DNA of 64,000 bases from Ignavibacteriota bacterium (GTDB lineage: Bacteria; Bacteroidota; Ignavibacteria; Palsa-1295), in the NCBI GenBank assembly GCA_963787835.1, contig CAWBEI010000004.1, positions 96,001-160,000 on the forward strand, in the 5' to 3' direction. Of the stretch, positions 41,307 to 50,422 are shown one piece after another. Position numbers and translations under genes: made by a program. Every line of letters begins with the position of its first letter. Positions within the stretch are counted from its first letter, which is position 1. Below the pieces are notes generated by a model. The model searched no databases. It was not told where the DNA came from and saw nothing but the letters and a program-made list of their open reading frames with translations.

Positions 41307-43583
41307 CTACTTGAAGGAGAACAGCATCGCCGGTCGGGGTAAATTTTCAGCTTCCATCTCCGGACCATGCAAGACGACCCTTGCATCAAGCGCAATGCAG
41401 CCTTCCGGCGAGGCAATAAGTGGATTAATATCGATCTCGGAGATCCACGGCTCATTGATAACTAACTGGCTGAATTTTACGAGCAGCGATTCAAGTCCGG
41501 CAACATCGATCGGCAACTTGCCGCGAGTTCCCTTTAGTGCCTGCCAGATATGGAGTTGCTCCATCATCTTGCGCGCCAGCGTATTATTGAGGGGCGGAAG
41601 TTCCAGCACGGTGTCCTTCATGACTTCGGCAAGGATGCCACCGGCTCCGAGCAGAAGAATAGGGCCAAATTGGGGATCGATGCTGCAGCCTAAGATGAGC
41701 TCGTATCCTTCCCGTTTTATCATCGGCTGGATGGAGACGCCATCGAAATCGCTTTCGTGACCTTTCGTGATCACGGAATCATGGATCTCCTTGAAGGCGC
41801 GGCTTACTTCATCCTCATTATGGATATTCAGCTTAACTCCGCCCACATCCGATTTATGGGTGATGGTCTTAGAAAGCAATTTTACAACGACGGGGAACCC
41901 GATGCGCCTCGCGGCATCGATGGCATCTCCGACTGTTGTAACAGCAACGGTTTCTGTAACGGGTATGCCATATTCGGTGAAGAGCTGCTTGGATTCGACT
42001 TCAGTCAGGATCGTTCGGCCTTCGGCTCGAACCTGGTCGATAATAGTGGAATGTTTTTGCAGCGGGTGCACAAAGTGGATGGAAGGTTCATCGGATTCCA
42101 AGGTGTTTAACCGTTCGCCGAATTTCCACATATAATTGAACACATTCGCTGCATCGTCCGGGAACTTGAAGGTGGGGATCCCGCCACGGCTCATGATGCC
42201 ATCGGCAGCGGAGACGTCCTCGCCTCCCATGAAGGATGCAATGAGCGGCTTGCCGAGTTTTGCATACTTCGCAATATTGGTTGCCATGGTTTGTGGCCGG
42301 GCCGCCACGAGCGGCGCGGTGATAGCAAGTACGCCGTCGGTGCCTTCGTCATTTAGTGCCAGTTCCACGGCACGTTCGAAGGTTGCTTCGGTGGCATCGG
42401 CAAGGATATCAACGGGGTTCCCATGGCTCCAGTGTGGCGGAAGAATTTCATTGAGGGCGCCCATGGTGTCCGGTGAAAGCTGCGCAAGTTGGCCGCCGCC
42501 CTCCATGAGGGCATCGGCCGCCAACACGCCCGGGCCACCGGCGTTCGTTACAATGGCAAGGCGTCGCCCTTTGGGGCGAGGTTGCTTGGCAAGGACGTCA
42601 GCAATATGGAAAAGTTCACCAATGCGATCGAGCCTCAGAACGCCGGCACGCCGAAACGCGGCATCGAGGACGGCATCGCTTCCGGTCAGAGCGCCGGTAT
42701 GCGAAGCAGCAGCTTTGGCGGCAGCTTCGGTGCGTCCGGCTTTAATTACGATGATCGGCTTACGAAGAGCGACCTCACGAGCGGCCGCAAGAAAGCGTGG
42801 AGCATTCCCGATGGACTCCATATAGATCACAATGGATTCCGTATTCGGATCGCTTCCAAGATAATCTATGAGATCACCCCATCCCACATCGAGCATCGAT
42901 CCGACGGAAACGAAGGCACTGAATCCCAAAGCCTCATTCAAGCTCCAGTCGAGGATCGCGGTGCAGAGCGCTCCGCTCTGGCTGATGAATGCCACATTCC
43001 CTGGCAAGGCTGCTTTTCGAGCGAACGTCGCATTCAGGCGATCGATGGGGTTCATCACTCCGATACAGTTCGGTCCTATGATGCGGAGTTGCGTGCCACG
43101 GATCCGGTCAGATATTTCTTTCTCAAGCGCCTTTCCTGCGGCTCCTGTTTCCCGAAATCCGGCAGAAATAATGATCGCACCTCGAACGCCTCTCTCTACG
43201 CATTCACTAATGATCGCTGGAACTGTGGCAGCAGGAGTTACGATCGCAGCCAGATCAACTTGCTTGGGAATATCGGCAAGCGAAGCGTATGCAGTATGCC
43301 CGGCAACCGTCTTACGGGTGGGATTGACGGCGAATATCTCCAAACCTGGGCGGACGTGTGAAAAGAGATTCGAGGTCAGAGCTTCCCCCGGGCTTCCCGG
43401 ACGTTCCGTAGCACCAATGATCGCGATGCTTTTGGGGTGGAAGAAGACGTTCAGAGGATGTTGAGTGGAGGGCGATGGAGTATGAGAAGCATCGCCGGCG
43501 ATACTTCTCGAGCTTTCCAATCCATCTATCAGGTTCTTACCCATCGTTCGAGGCGCGGGGTCTAAGATTTCTGTTGTAGGCAT
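41307..43583 (-). CDS. Acyl-CoA synthetase (ADP-forming), fused alpha/beta; Pat-like but without GNAT domain
   Basis: IGPNCIG, SQSGAL, catalytic His in [18 protein letters not shown]-grasp [14 protein letters not shown]; ends [11 protein letters not shown]. Confidence 0.9.
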   Translation of the reverse strand: MPTTEILDPAPRTMGKNLIDGLESSRSIAGDASHTPSPSTQHPLNVFFHPKSIAIIGATERPGSPGEALTSNLFSHVRPGLEIFAVNPTRKTVAGHTAYASLADIPKQVDLAAIVTPAATVPAIISECVERGVRGAIIISAGFRETGAAGKALEKEISDRIRGTQLRIIGPNCIGVMNPIDRLNATFARKAALPGNVAFISQSGALCTAILDWSLNEALGFSAFVSVGSMLDVGWGDLIDYLGSDPNTESIVIYMESIGNAPRFLAAAREVALRKPIIVIKAGRTEAAAKAAASHTGALTGSDAVLDAAFRRAGVLRLDRIGELFHIADVLAKQPRPKGRRLAIVTNAGGPGVLAADALMEGGGQLAQLSPDTMGALNEILPPHWSHGNPVDILADATEATFERAVELALNDEGTDGVLAITAPLVAARPQTMATNIAKYAKLGKPLIASFMGGEDVSAADGIMSRGGIPTFKFPDDAANVFNYMWKFGERLNTLESDEPSIHFVHPLQKHSTIIDQVRAEGRTILTEVESKQLFTEYGIPVTETVAVTTVGDAIDAARRIGFPVVVKLLSKTITHKSDVGGVKLNIHNEDEVSRAFKEIHDSVITKGHESDFDGVSIQPMIKREGYELILGCSIDPQFGPILLLGAGGILAEVMKDTVLELPPLNNTLARKMMEQLHIWQALKGTRGKLPIDVAGLESLLVKFSQLVINEPWISEIDINPLIASPEGCIALDARVVLHGPEMEAENLPRPAMLFSFK

Positions 43584-43936
43584 TACCGAGGTGAATAAAT
43601 CTTTGAAAATACTAAATTATCAGATGTGAAAAGCGTTGAGATTGATAAAAATGCTACAATCCTGTGCCATCTCCAGGATCCATCGTGGATTTTGAAAAGA
43701 TGGCAAAATAACAGGCCAGCGCAATTTTCATGTGTGCTGGCCCCGAACAATAAACGTTCAATTTTCTTACGGTTGGGTCAATTCTTTTATGTATTTGATC
43801 TCCAGAAATAGCAGCAGATAGGGTGGGATATGCAGGCAATATTCCCCGAACACTCCTATCACACCATGACGGATTATCTCAGCCGCGCATGGTTGGTGTA
43901 TAAGCCGTAGGGGGTTCGTTTCTTTTCATTCCCGCA

Positions 43937-43996
43937 GTGTATAAACCGGGTTTTAACCCGGAGCGAATTTTCACCGGGTTGAAACCCGGTGTACAC
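43937..43996. repeat. GTGT...ACAC REP doublet (REPIN-like), 60 bp
   Basis: GTGTATAAA-CCGGGTT-TT-AACCCGG, spacer, CCGGGTT-GA-AACCCGG-TGTACAC. Confidence 0.75.
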
Positions 43997-44215
43997 CCAA
44001 CCTATTCTGTCTTCATGAAAAGCACTATTTTAATGAATAAATAGCTTTCGCTGTTACCTTTTTGCTTTTCATAGGTCTTCTTAATTTAAGGGCGATATGC
44101 TTTCGAGCAATTATTAGGATCATAGGAATAGACGATGCTCTTAGTAGAATAACAATTTTGGACCCCACGCCCATCCAGGAGTGTGAGGCTCTTTGTTTTT
44201 ATGGAACGAAGTTTT

Positions 44216-47212
44216 ATGCGAACTCTCGGAATTGTTTTGGTAGCAATGGTCTGCGTTTCGCAAGCCTGTGCCCAATCAAGTTCACATTGGAGAAAAATGG
44301 GACAGTTTCCACCTGACTATCCAATAGCGTGTGGTTATTTTTGGAATACCCAGCATGGAATTGTCGGGGGAATTGACGGAATCTTTTATACAACAAATGG
44401 AGGAACAACTTGGCAGACAAGCGCGGTGCCAAGTTTTTCCGCTTATATCACATCCATTTATATGAAAGATACACTCGCTGGATGGGCTTCGTTAGCAACG
44501 CTCCAGCCTGGAACAACAGTTTTGTGGCAAACAATGGATGGTGGCGTTACATGGAAAAACGTACCTGGTTATGTGTCAGGAGGGAAGCAGCCGGACGGAA
44601 ATGGAGATTCCGACGATCCCTCAGGTATTACTGATATTTCGATTGCACCCACAACCGGTGCTTTAATCCTTACCTCATGGGGTTTGCATTTTACTTTTCC
44701 GCCAGAGGATGCAACTTCCATTACATGGGATAGCACTGGATTGGGTGTAATTGGCGGCTTCGGAGATTGTTACGTTTCGTCCAATAGGGGAAAGACATGG
44801 AAAATGACAGGCAACGATCCTGGATGGGCATTCGGAATTTTTCCTTCTTCAAATTGGCATACATTTTTTGAAGTCTCATACGTGCTTCCATGGGGAACGA
44901 TTTATACATCGAAAGATCAGGGAGCGACATGGGACTCGGTTTATGCCACGGGGCAGCTAATGACTGGCGATGCCGAAGGCGCCCCGGGGGTTTGTTATGT
45001 TCAGAGTAGCAGCAACGGTATCTATCGAACTACCGATACTGGTAACACATGGGTAAATATTGGTGGCCCATCCAATGTGGAAATCACACGTTTTTGCGTG
45101 CTGGGTTGTAACGGGGCAACTGTGATCGCATTCGATGACACAGGTGGCGTTTGGCTAACACAGGATGGCGGCGATGGAACGCTTTCCAAAGCTATTCAAA
45201 CTCTCTTGATCGATACGTTCCCATCCGTTTCACAATGCTCACAGAGTAGGATGGGCGTAAAACTCAACATCTCAAATTCCTGCCAGAACTCGTTCTCGCT
45301 TACGGGTTATCATTTAGAGGACGATACTACTCATTTTTCGCTTGATTCATTGCTCCCATTTCCTAAATCTTATGGCGGCGGAGACTACACTGACTCTTTT
45401 TACGTTTCTTTCAACCCACAAACACAGCCCGGCACATTTACGACGAAGTTACACGTAACCGGGACGGTATTCTTGTCGGATAGTTCTTTTTCGTATGACA
45501 CGGTAATTTTGATAACTGCAACTTCGACTCCAAGCCGGCCCAATATCATTGCATCTGATTCTTTGCTCGCTTTTGGCGCGATCTCCACTTGCAATGGAAC
45601 GGCGCTTGCATCTGTCACTTTCAAGAACGGCGGTTGTGCCCCGGATACGATCACAAACTTTACACTTTCCGGTACGGGTTTCACAGGCCCGAATGATACA
45701 CTACCCATAATTGTGCTAGCAGGTGATTCGGTGAAACTTGAGTATCGTTTCGTTCCGCCGGATTCGGGTGTGTTTACCGGTCAGGCACAGTTGAATGTGG
45801 TTTCGATGGGCCTGACGGAAAATCCGGTGATTGACTTGTCCGGTCAGGGTGTGCAGGGCCTTGGGGTGCTGGACGTGCGCAGCATGGGACTACAAGCGGG
45901 AAGTTTCTCTTTCTGCACGGGCGATACGACGCTTACAGACACCATCTCGAACACCGGCTGCGACACGCTGGTGATCTCGAATATCCGATTTGCGGGTGGG
46001 TCGGCGTTCTCGCTTCTTTCAGTAAGCGGGGATTCTCTATTGCTTCCGGGTGCAAGCCGCGTGTTTCAGTTTCATTTTGTGCCGAGAACGAAAGGTGCGC
46101 AGTCCGCCACACTGACGTTTCATTCCCAGAATATCGTGAACGATGCCGGGCACGATACAACCATCACGCTTGCGGGTATCGGACTCGGTGGCACAAAGAT
46201 ACTTACAGCCGATACATCGCTCCGGGATTTTGGTGGGTTGTATGCGTGCCAGTCGCGGGATACAACGATTGTGCTTTCCAATCCGGGGTGCGATACGCTT
46301 CGGATCGATAGTGGTACTGTGAACAATGGTACGTATTCGACGAACGCGATTTATCCGATCATACTTCCACCTGATTCCTCTGTGTCAGTTACAATTCATT
46401 TAACCGCCGATAGCGCGGGCATGAATGGAACGCTCACATTCTTCAGCGATGCCAACAAGGGTGATAGCGTGGTAACGATTCCGCTCACGGCAAGCATCAT
46501 TCCGCCAGCGCATTTGGTTCTCGCACTTTCGCCATCGGACACCGCAACGGATGGTACACTTGTGAAATGCTACGTACTGCTCGAAGGTCAGGTGCCTCCC
46601 GGTGCGATCTCCGGGATGCAGTTCGATATTACGCATAATGACGATCTGCTAAGTTTTTTGAATGCAAGCGGGGTAACGATGACTGGAACTGCTGGAACTC
46701 CGGAGGCGCAGGTGCTGCATTTTGCTGCGGGGAGTCAGGCTGGAAGCCCGACCTACGCGGATACTATTGGGACAATCACGTTCCGGGTGTATCTGAGCGA
46801 TTCCATCTTTACGCCGCTTTCATTATCGAACGTGACGTTTACGAATTCACTTTCCTTATCGGATGATTGCGTAGCGAGCATTCTCGATTCGGGAGCGTCG
46901 TTCACCTATCTCTATCGTTGCGGCGAACCGATCATACAGGATGCGATGGAGAACGTGACGCCATTCTCGATCGAATCAATTGTTCCCAATCCGGCAGGAG
47001 ATGAGATCACCATTGAGTTATCGGGGAGTGCTCAGCCGGTTATCGAGATGTATGATGCGTTGGGCAGGAGTGTGCTGACCACCCCCCAGCCCCCTCCTTC
47101 TATAGGAGTGGGAGTAGTGCTCGATGTGTCTGAGGTGCCATCGGGAATCTATTATCTCAGGTTTTCGTCCGAAGGGTGTGTTCAGACAAGGAGGATTTCG
47201 GTTGCGCGGTAA
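44216..47212 (+). CDS. T9SS cargo: BNR propeller, several ASH/choice-of-anchor-D-like Ig domains, cohesin-like domain and CTD
   Basis: Signal peptide from ATG 44216; TTNGGTTW-type boxes; repeated NxGC(D)T motifs; IVPNPAGDEITI...YDALGR...PSGIYYLR. Confidence 0.85.
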   Translation: MRTLGIVLVAMVCVSQACAQSSSHWRKMGQFPPDYPIACGYFWNTQHGIVGGIDGIFYTTNGGTTWQTSAVPSFSAYITSIYMKDTLAGWASLATLQPGTTVLWQTMDGGVTWKNVPGYVSGGKQPDGNGDSDDPSGITDISIAPTTGALILTSWGLHFTFPPEDATSITWDSTGLGVIGGFGDCYVSSNRGKTWKMTGNDPGWAFGIFPSSNWHTFFEVSYVLPWGTIYTSKDQGATWDSVYATGQLMTGDAEGAPGVCYVQSSSNGIYRTTDTGNTWVNIGGPSNVEITRFCVLGCNGATVIAFDDTGGVWLTQDGGDGTLSKAIQTLLIDTFPSVSQCSQSRMGVKLNISNSCQNSFSLTGYHLEDDTTHFSLDSLLPFPKSYGGGDYTDSFYVSFNPQTQPGTFTTKLHVTGTVFLSDSSFSYDTVILITATSTPSRPNIIASDSLLAFGAISTCNGTALASVTFKNGGCAPDTITNFTLSGTGFTGPNDTLPIIVLAGDSVKLEYRFVPPDSGVFTGQAQLNVVSMGLTENPVIDLSGQGVQGLGVLDVRSMGLQAGSFSFCTGDTTLTDTISNTGCDTLVISNIRFAGGSAFSLLSVSGDSLLLPGASRVFQFHFVPRTKGAQSATLTFHSQNIVNDAGHDTTITLAGIGLGGTKILTADTSLRDFGGLYACQSRDTTIVLSNPGCDTLRIDSGTVNNGTYSTNAIYPIILPPDSSVSVTIHLTADSAGMNGTLTFFSDANKGDSVVTIPLTASIIPPAHLVLALSPSDTATDGTLVKCYVLLEGQVPPGAISGMQFDITHNDDLLSFLNASGVTMTGTAGTPEAQVLHFAAGSQAGSPTYADTIGTITFRVYLSDSIFTPLSLSNVTFTNSLSLSDDCVASILDSGASFTYLYRCGEPIIQDAMENVTPFSIESIVPNPAGDEITIELSGSAQPVIEMYDALGRSVLTTPQPPPSIGVGVVLDVSEVPSGIYYLRFSSEGCVQTRRISVAR
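46734..46756 (-). repeat. Single GTAG-type REP inside a T9SS cargo gene
   Basis: Minus strand reads GTAG-GTCGGGC-TTCCA-GCCTGAC; encodes SQAGSPTY. Confidence 0.7.
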
Positions 47213-47276
47213 ATTAATCGCCGATTTGAAAGGAAGAGAATTCTACGGAACGAATACCAAGCCTATCAATGCTGGC

Positions 47277-49031
47277 ATGGTATTCCCGTTTTTTCTTTTT
47301 TTCGTGGCAGCAATCATCCTAACAACTTCTGGAAAACTTTATGCTCAATGGGAACCCGTGATAACTTTGCCAGGGCCAATTTGCACCGTTTATTTTATGG
47401 ATCAGGTTGGTAAGCCAGAAATTGGGTTCATAAGTGCATATTGGAATCAGTTAGTCAAATTCGATACGAACCATTACTTGTGGCGGACATCCGATGCTGG
47501 AATGACATGGCGAGGGCTTGATATTCCCCCAGCTGATACGGAGCCGTGGCTTAGAGGTGGGGCAAGGGACTTCGCGTTCAAAGATAGCTTGAATGGTTGG
47601 ATGGCAAATTATATTAACTTTCAAACAACGGATGCAGGGCTTTCGTGGATTCCGATGTCTCCCGACATCAATGGTCCCGCCGATGAGGATTGGGCAATCG
47701 CCTATAATTCTGAAACGAAGTTATTGTTTTGTTCTCGTATTACTAATGGTGTTGGAGCAACCGATACGGCAAAATCTTCTTCTGACGATGGCACAACATG
47801 GAAAGCTCTCGCTCCGTTATGCTCATACAACGGATATGCATTTTCCGGTTTGAATGGGATTGTGACTGGTTTAGAGAGTATTCCTGTTCCCGCTTTATAC
47901 ACCACGGATGGTGGCTATACATGGCTTGAAAGTAATTTTTCTGATGAGTGTTATCAACCGGCATGTATCCCAGGAACGAACACTTTTGTCGCAGAATCTG
48001 AATTAATGCATAGAATATCACGATCAGATGATGGTGGAAAAACATGGCGGACAATCTTTACTCTTAATAATTATCCCAGTGCTTACAGCTCGAGTGGTTG
48101 TATTCGCACGGACGACTGCGGAAATCTTTATGTGGTGACCTTCGAAGGCTTTTTCATGTCTTCTGATGCGGGTGATAGCTGGCATTCAATCGGCGGCCCT
48201 GCAGAATGGAAAGACGTTAGATTTTGGGTAACGAAAGATTATATTTATGCTGCGGACCAAAAAGATGTGGCGATGTATGACCAGTATCCCAGCACGGTAT
48301 GGCGCTATCCTTTGCATAACCGGGTTACGTTTGCGCTGACCGACAGCTCCAAACTCACCTCCATAAAGCCTGGAACGGATGTCAGCGTGAATATTCCGGT
48401 TGAGATCAATCAATCGCTTGGCTCCGATTCGCTCCATTTGGTAATCCGGTTCGATACTGCGCCATTGGAACTGAAAAATATCCTTCTTACGGGCGGTCTC
48501 TCGCTTATCGACTCCAGTTCTAATGACGATACACTAAATTTATGGCTTGTACTTGATTCCAATCAAGTATCGCGATCGCCAAATATCGGTTTAACATTTA
48601 AAACATTCCTCAATAGCCCCACCGCAAAGATCCATCTCGATTCCACACAATTTTATGGTGGTTGCGCAACATGCAACTGCGCGTTAGCTGTTTCTCATCC
48701 CGATTCCGTTCAAATCAATTTTAACGCCTGTGGGGATTCGCTTCTTCTTGCAGCGATGAATGGCAGGCCGTTGTTCACGATCGAGAGTATTCAGCCGAAT
48801 CCGGCGGCGGATGAGATCATGGTTCAGTTATCTGGGAATGTTCAGCCCGTTATCGAGATGTATGATGCGTTGGGAAGGAGTGTGCTCGCGCAGAGGACCA
48901 CCCCCCAGCCCCCTCCTTCTATAGGAGGGGGAGTAATACTCGATGTGTCGGGTGTGCCATCGGGGATTTATTTTCTGCGGGTGTCGTCGGGAGGGTATGT
49001 GCAATCGAGGAGTGTGGTGGTGCAGCATTAA
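47277..49031 (+). CDS. BNR/Asp-box beta-propeller protein with T9SS CTD; paralogue of 6160-7923
   Basis: Signal peptide from ATG 47277; DFAFKDS.xGW shared with the paralogue; near-identical CTD. Confidence 0.87.
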   Translation: MVFPFFLFFVAAIILTTSGKLYAQWEPVITLPGPICTVYFMDQVGKPEIGFISAYWNQLVKFDTNHYLWRTSDAGMTWRGLDIPPADTEPWLRGGARDFAFKDSLNGWMANYINFQTTDAGLSWIPMSPDINGPADEDWAIAYNSETKLLFCSRITNGVGATDTAKSSSDDGTTWKALAPLCSYNGYAFSGLNGIVTGLESIPVPALYTTDGGYTWLESNFSDECYQPACIPGTNTFVAESELMHRISRSDDGGKTWRTIFTLNNYPSAYSSSGCIRTDDCGNLYVVTFEGFFMSSDAGDSWHSIGGPAEWKDVRFWVTKDYIYAADQKDVAMYDQYPSTVWRYPLHNRVTFALTDSSKLTSIKPGTDVSVNIPVEINQSLGSDSLHLVIRFDTAPLELKNILLTGGLSLIDSSSNDDTLNLWLVLDSNQVSRSPNIGLTFKTFLNSPTAKIHLDSTQFYGGCATCNCALAVSHPDSVQINFNACGDSLLLAAMNGRPLFTIESIQPNPAADEIMVQLSGNVQPVIEMYDALGRSVLAQRTTPQPPPSIGGGVILDVSGVPSGIYFLRVSSGGYVQSRSVVVQH

Positions 49032-49034
49032 TTG
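48702..49034 (+). repeat. T9SS CTD DNA module matching 7588-7927, with a C/G-rich hairpin at 48900-48933 (also at 47081-47114)
   Basis: Direct alignment; insert ACCCCCCAG-CCCCCTCCT-TCTAT-AGGAGGGGG encodes TPQPPPSIGGG. Confidence 0.9.
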
Positions 49035-49056
49035 TGGGATGTAATGATAATATGAT

Positions 49057-49115
49057 GTGTGCAGGGAAGCGCTGCTTCCCGGAGATGGTCACGGAAGCAG
49101 CGCTTCCGTGCACAC
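49057..49115. repeat. GTGT...ACAC REP doublet (REPIN-like), 59 bp
   Basis: GTGTGCAG-GGAAGC-GCT-GCTTCC, spacer, GGAAGC-AGC-GCTTCC-GTGCACAC. Confidence 0.8.
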
Positions 49116-49388
49116 AACACTATGATTTTTGTAGTGGGCGAAATAATTGTCGTATATTAGAGTATGGTATTAAAGGCACCTATTTCTGGGAGAACAAACA
49201 GTGCATAAGTTCATGAAAGAAACAGGGGTGTTCATTAAATGACAATTCAATTGATTACAATGGGCACCTATTCTTGGGGAAAGGATGAAAGATGAATTAT
49301 AAAGTATGAAATGGGAAGAACGATGAAAGCATATCACAACGAATGGCGAATTTCACTTAAAAACGCCATAGTTCATGAAACTCGAATG

Positions 49389-49422
49389 CAAAAAAAGCAC
49401 CTGTTTCATCGGAAACGGGTGC
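49389..49422 (-). terminator. Intrinsic terminator for the SDR operon
   Basis: GCACCTGTTTC-ATCG-GAAACGGGTGC preceded by A7, which is T7 on the minus strand. Confidence 0.7.
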
Positions 49423-49445
49423 CTTATCTTACAGGACTCTAAGTT

Positions 49446-50213
49446 TTACCGGGCGGTATATCCACCATCGATCACAAGCTCTGAGCCAGTGACGAATTTT
49501 GCTTCGTCGGATGCAAGATAGACGATACCCCATGCGATGTCATTCGGTTCGCCAATATGACCGAGCGGGTGTAGTGCATCGAGCGCCTTGCGTGCTTGCT
49601 CCTCAGCGCCGGTTTCTTTCGCGAAGTTTTCGACCATCGGAGTCCAGATAAATCCGGGATGGACGGAATTAACGCGAATCTTATCCTTGGCGAATGAGAT
49701 CGCATCATTCTTGGACATTTCCCTAACCGCGCCCTTCGATGCATGATAGGGGGAAACATCTCCGGCGCCGATCAAGCCATAGATCGACGAGAGATTAATG
49801 ATGCTTCCGCCGCCCGCTTTGCGAAGAAAAGGCACTGCATGTTTTGTACAGAAGAATACACCTTTGACATTGATCGACATCAGCTTGTCCCACTCTGCTT
49901 CGGTTACGTCCTCTGTTGACTTATTCGCACCGGATATTCCGGCATTATTAACGAGAATGTCGATCTTGCCCCATTTCGAGTCTATTTCAGACATGACTCG
50001 AATCACATCGGCTTCTTTCGATACATCGAGATGCCAATATACTGCAATTCCGCCATTCATGTTGATCTGATTGACCGTTTCCGCACCGGCTGCATCATTG
50101 ACATCTGTGATCGCGACTTTGGCACCTTCTTCTGCGAGACGGATTGCCGTTTGGTGTCCTATACCGAGCGACGCGCCCGTGATTACTGCTACCTTATCTT
50201 TTACTCTGTTCAT
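49446..50213 (-). CDS. Classical short-chain dehydrogenase/reductase
   Basis: TGASLGIG, NNAG, YHASK, DGGY. Confidence 0.95.
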   Translation of the reverse strand: MNRVKDKVAVITGASLGIGHQTAIRLAEEGAKVAITDVNDAAGAETVNQINMNGGIAVYWHLDVSKEADVIRVMSEIDSKWGKIDILVNNAGISGANKSTEDVTEAEWDKLMSINVKGVFFCTKHAVPFLRKAGGGSIINLSSIYGLIGAGDVSPYHASKGAVREMSKNDAISFAKDKIRVNSVHPGFIWTPMVENFAKETGAEEQARKALDALHPLGHIGEPNDIAWGIVYLASDEAKFVTGSELVIDGGYTAR

Positions 50214-50224
50214 GGAAGTATTTT

Positions 50225-50416
50225 CTAATTTACATGTGACCCGTTATATGCTTGCTGCTTTTTTATCTGGGCCTTAACCCGCATCGTCGACGATGCTTCA
50301 GGTATCGGGCGACAGTTACAATTTTTTGCATGTTCCTTATGCCAAAGCATCCGCTCCATTTCGGTTGCGTTTTTCGGCATTCGGTGCTTTTCATGCCATT
50401 CCCGATTGATAGCCAT
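50225..50416 (-). CDS. Small His/Cys-rich hypothetical protein (63 aa)
   Basis: WHEKHRMPKNAT...WHKEHAKNCNCRPIP; GAGGAG RBS; packed between ppsA and the SDR gene. Confidence 0.75.
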   Translation of the reverse strand: MAINREWHEKHRMPKNATEMERMLWHKEHAKNCNCRPIPEASSTMRVKAQIKKQQAYNGSHVN

Positions 50417-50422
50417 GGTGTA

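Noticed and set aside
42136-43464. Long plus-strand ORFs opposite ACD (also 8499-9341, 17477-18124, 39997-40665, 63339-63899 opposite other genes)
   Set aside because: Antisense shadows of well-supported genes with no recognisable motifs.
41307-43583. Protein lysine acetyltransferase Pat
   Set aside because: No GNAT domain, and no room for a frameshifted one before tpl.
47124-47276. N-terminal extensions in the ORF track (also at 22777, 29240, 29581, 29658, 34679, 34702, 57331, 58666)
   Set aside because: They overlap neighbouring genes or promoters; downstream starts give proper signal peptides, RBSs or coupling.
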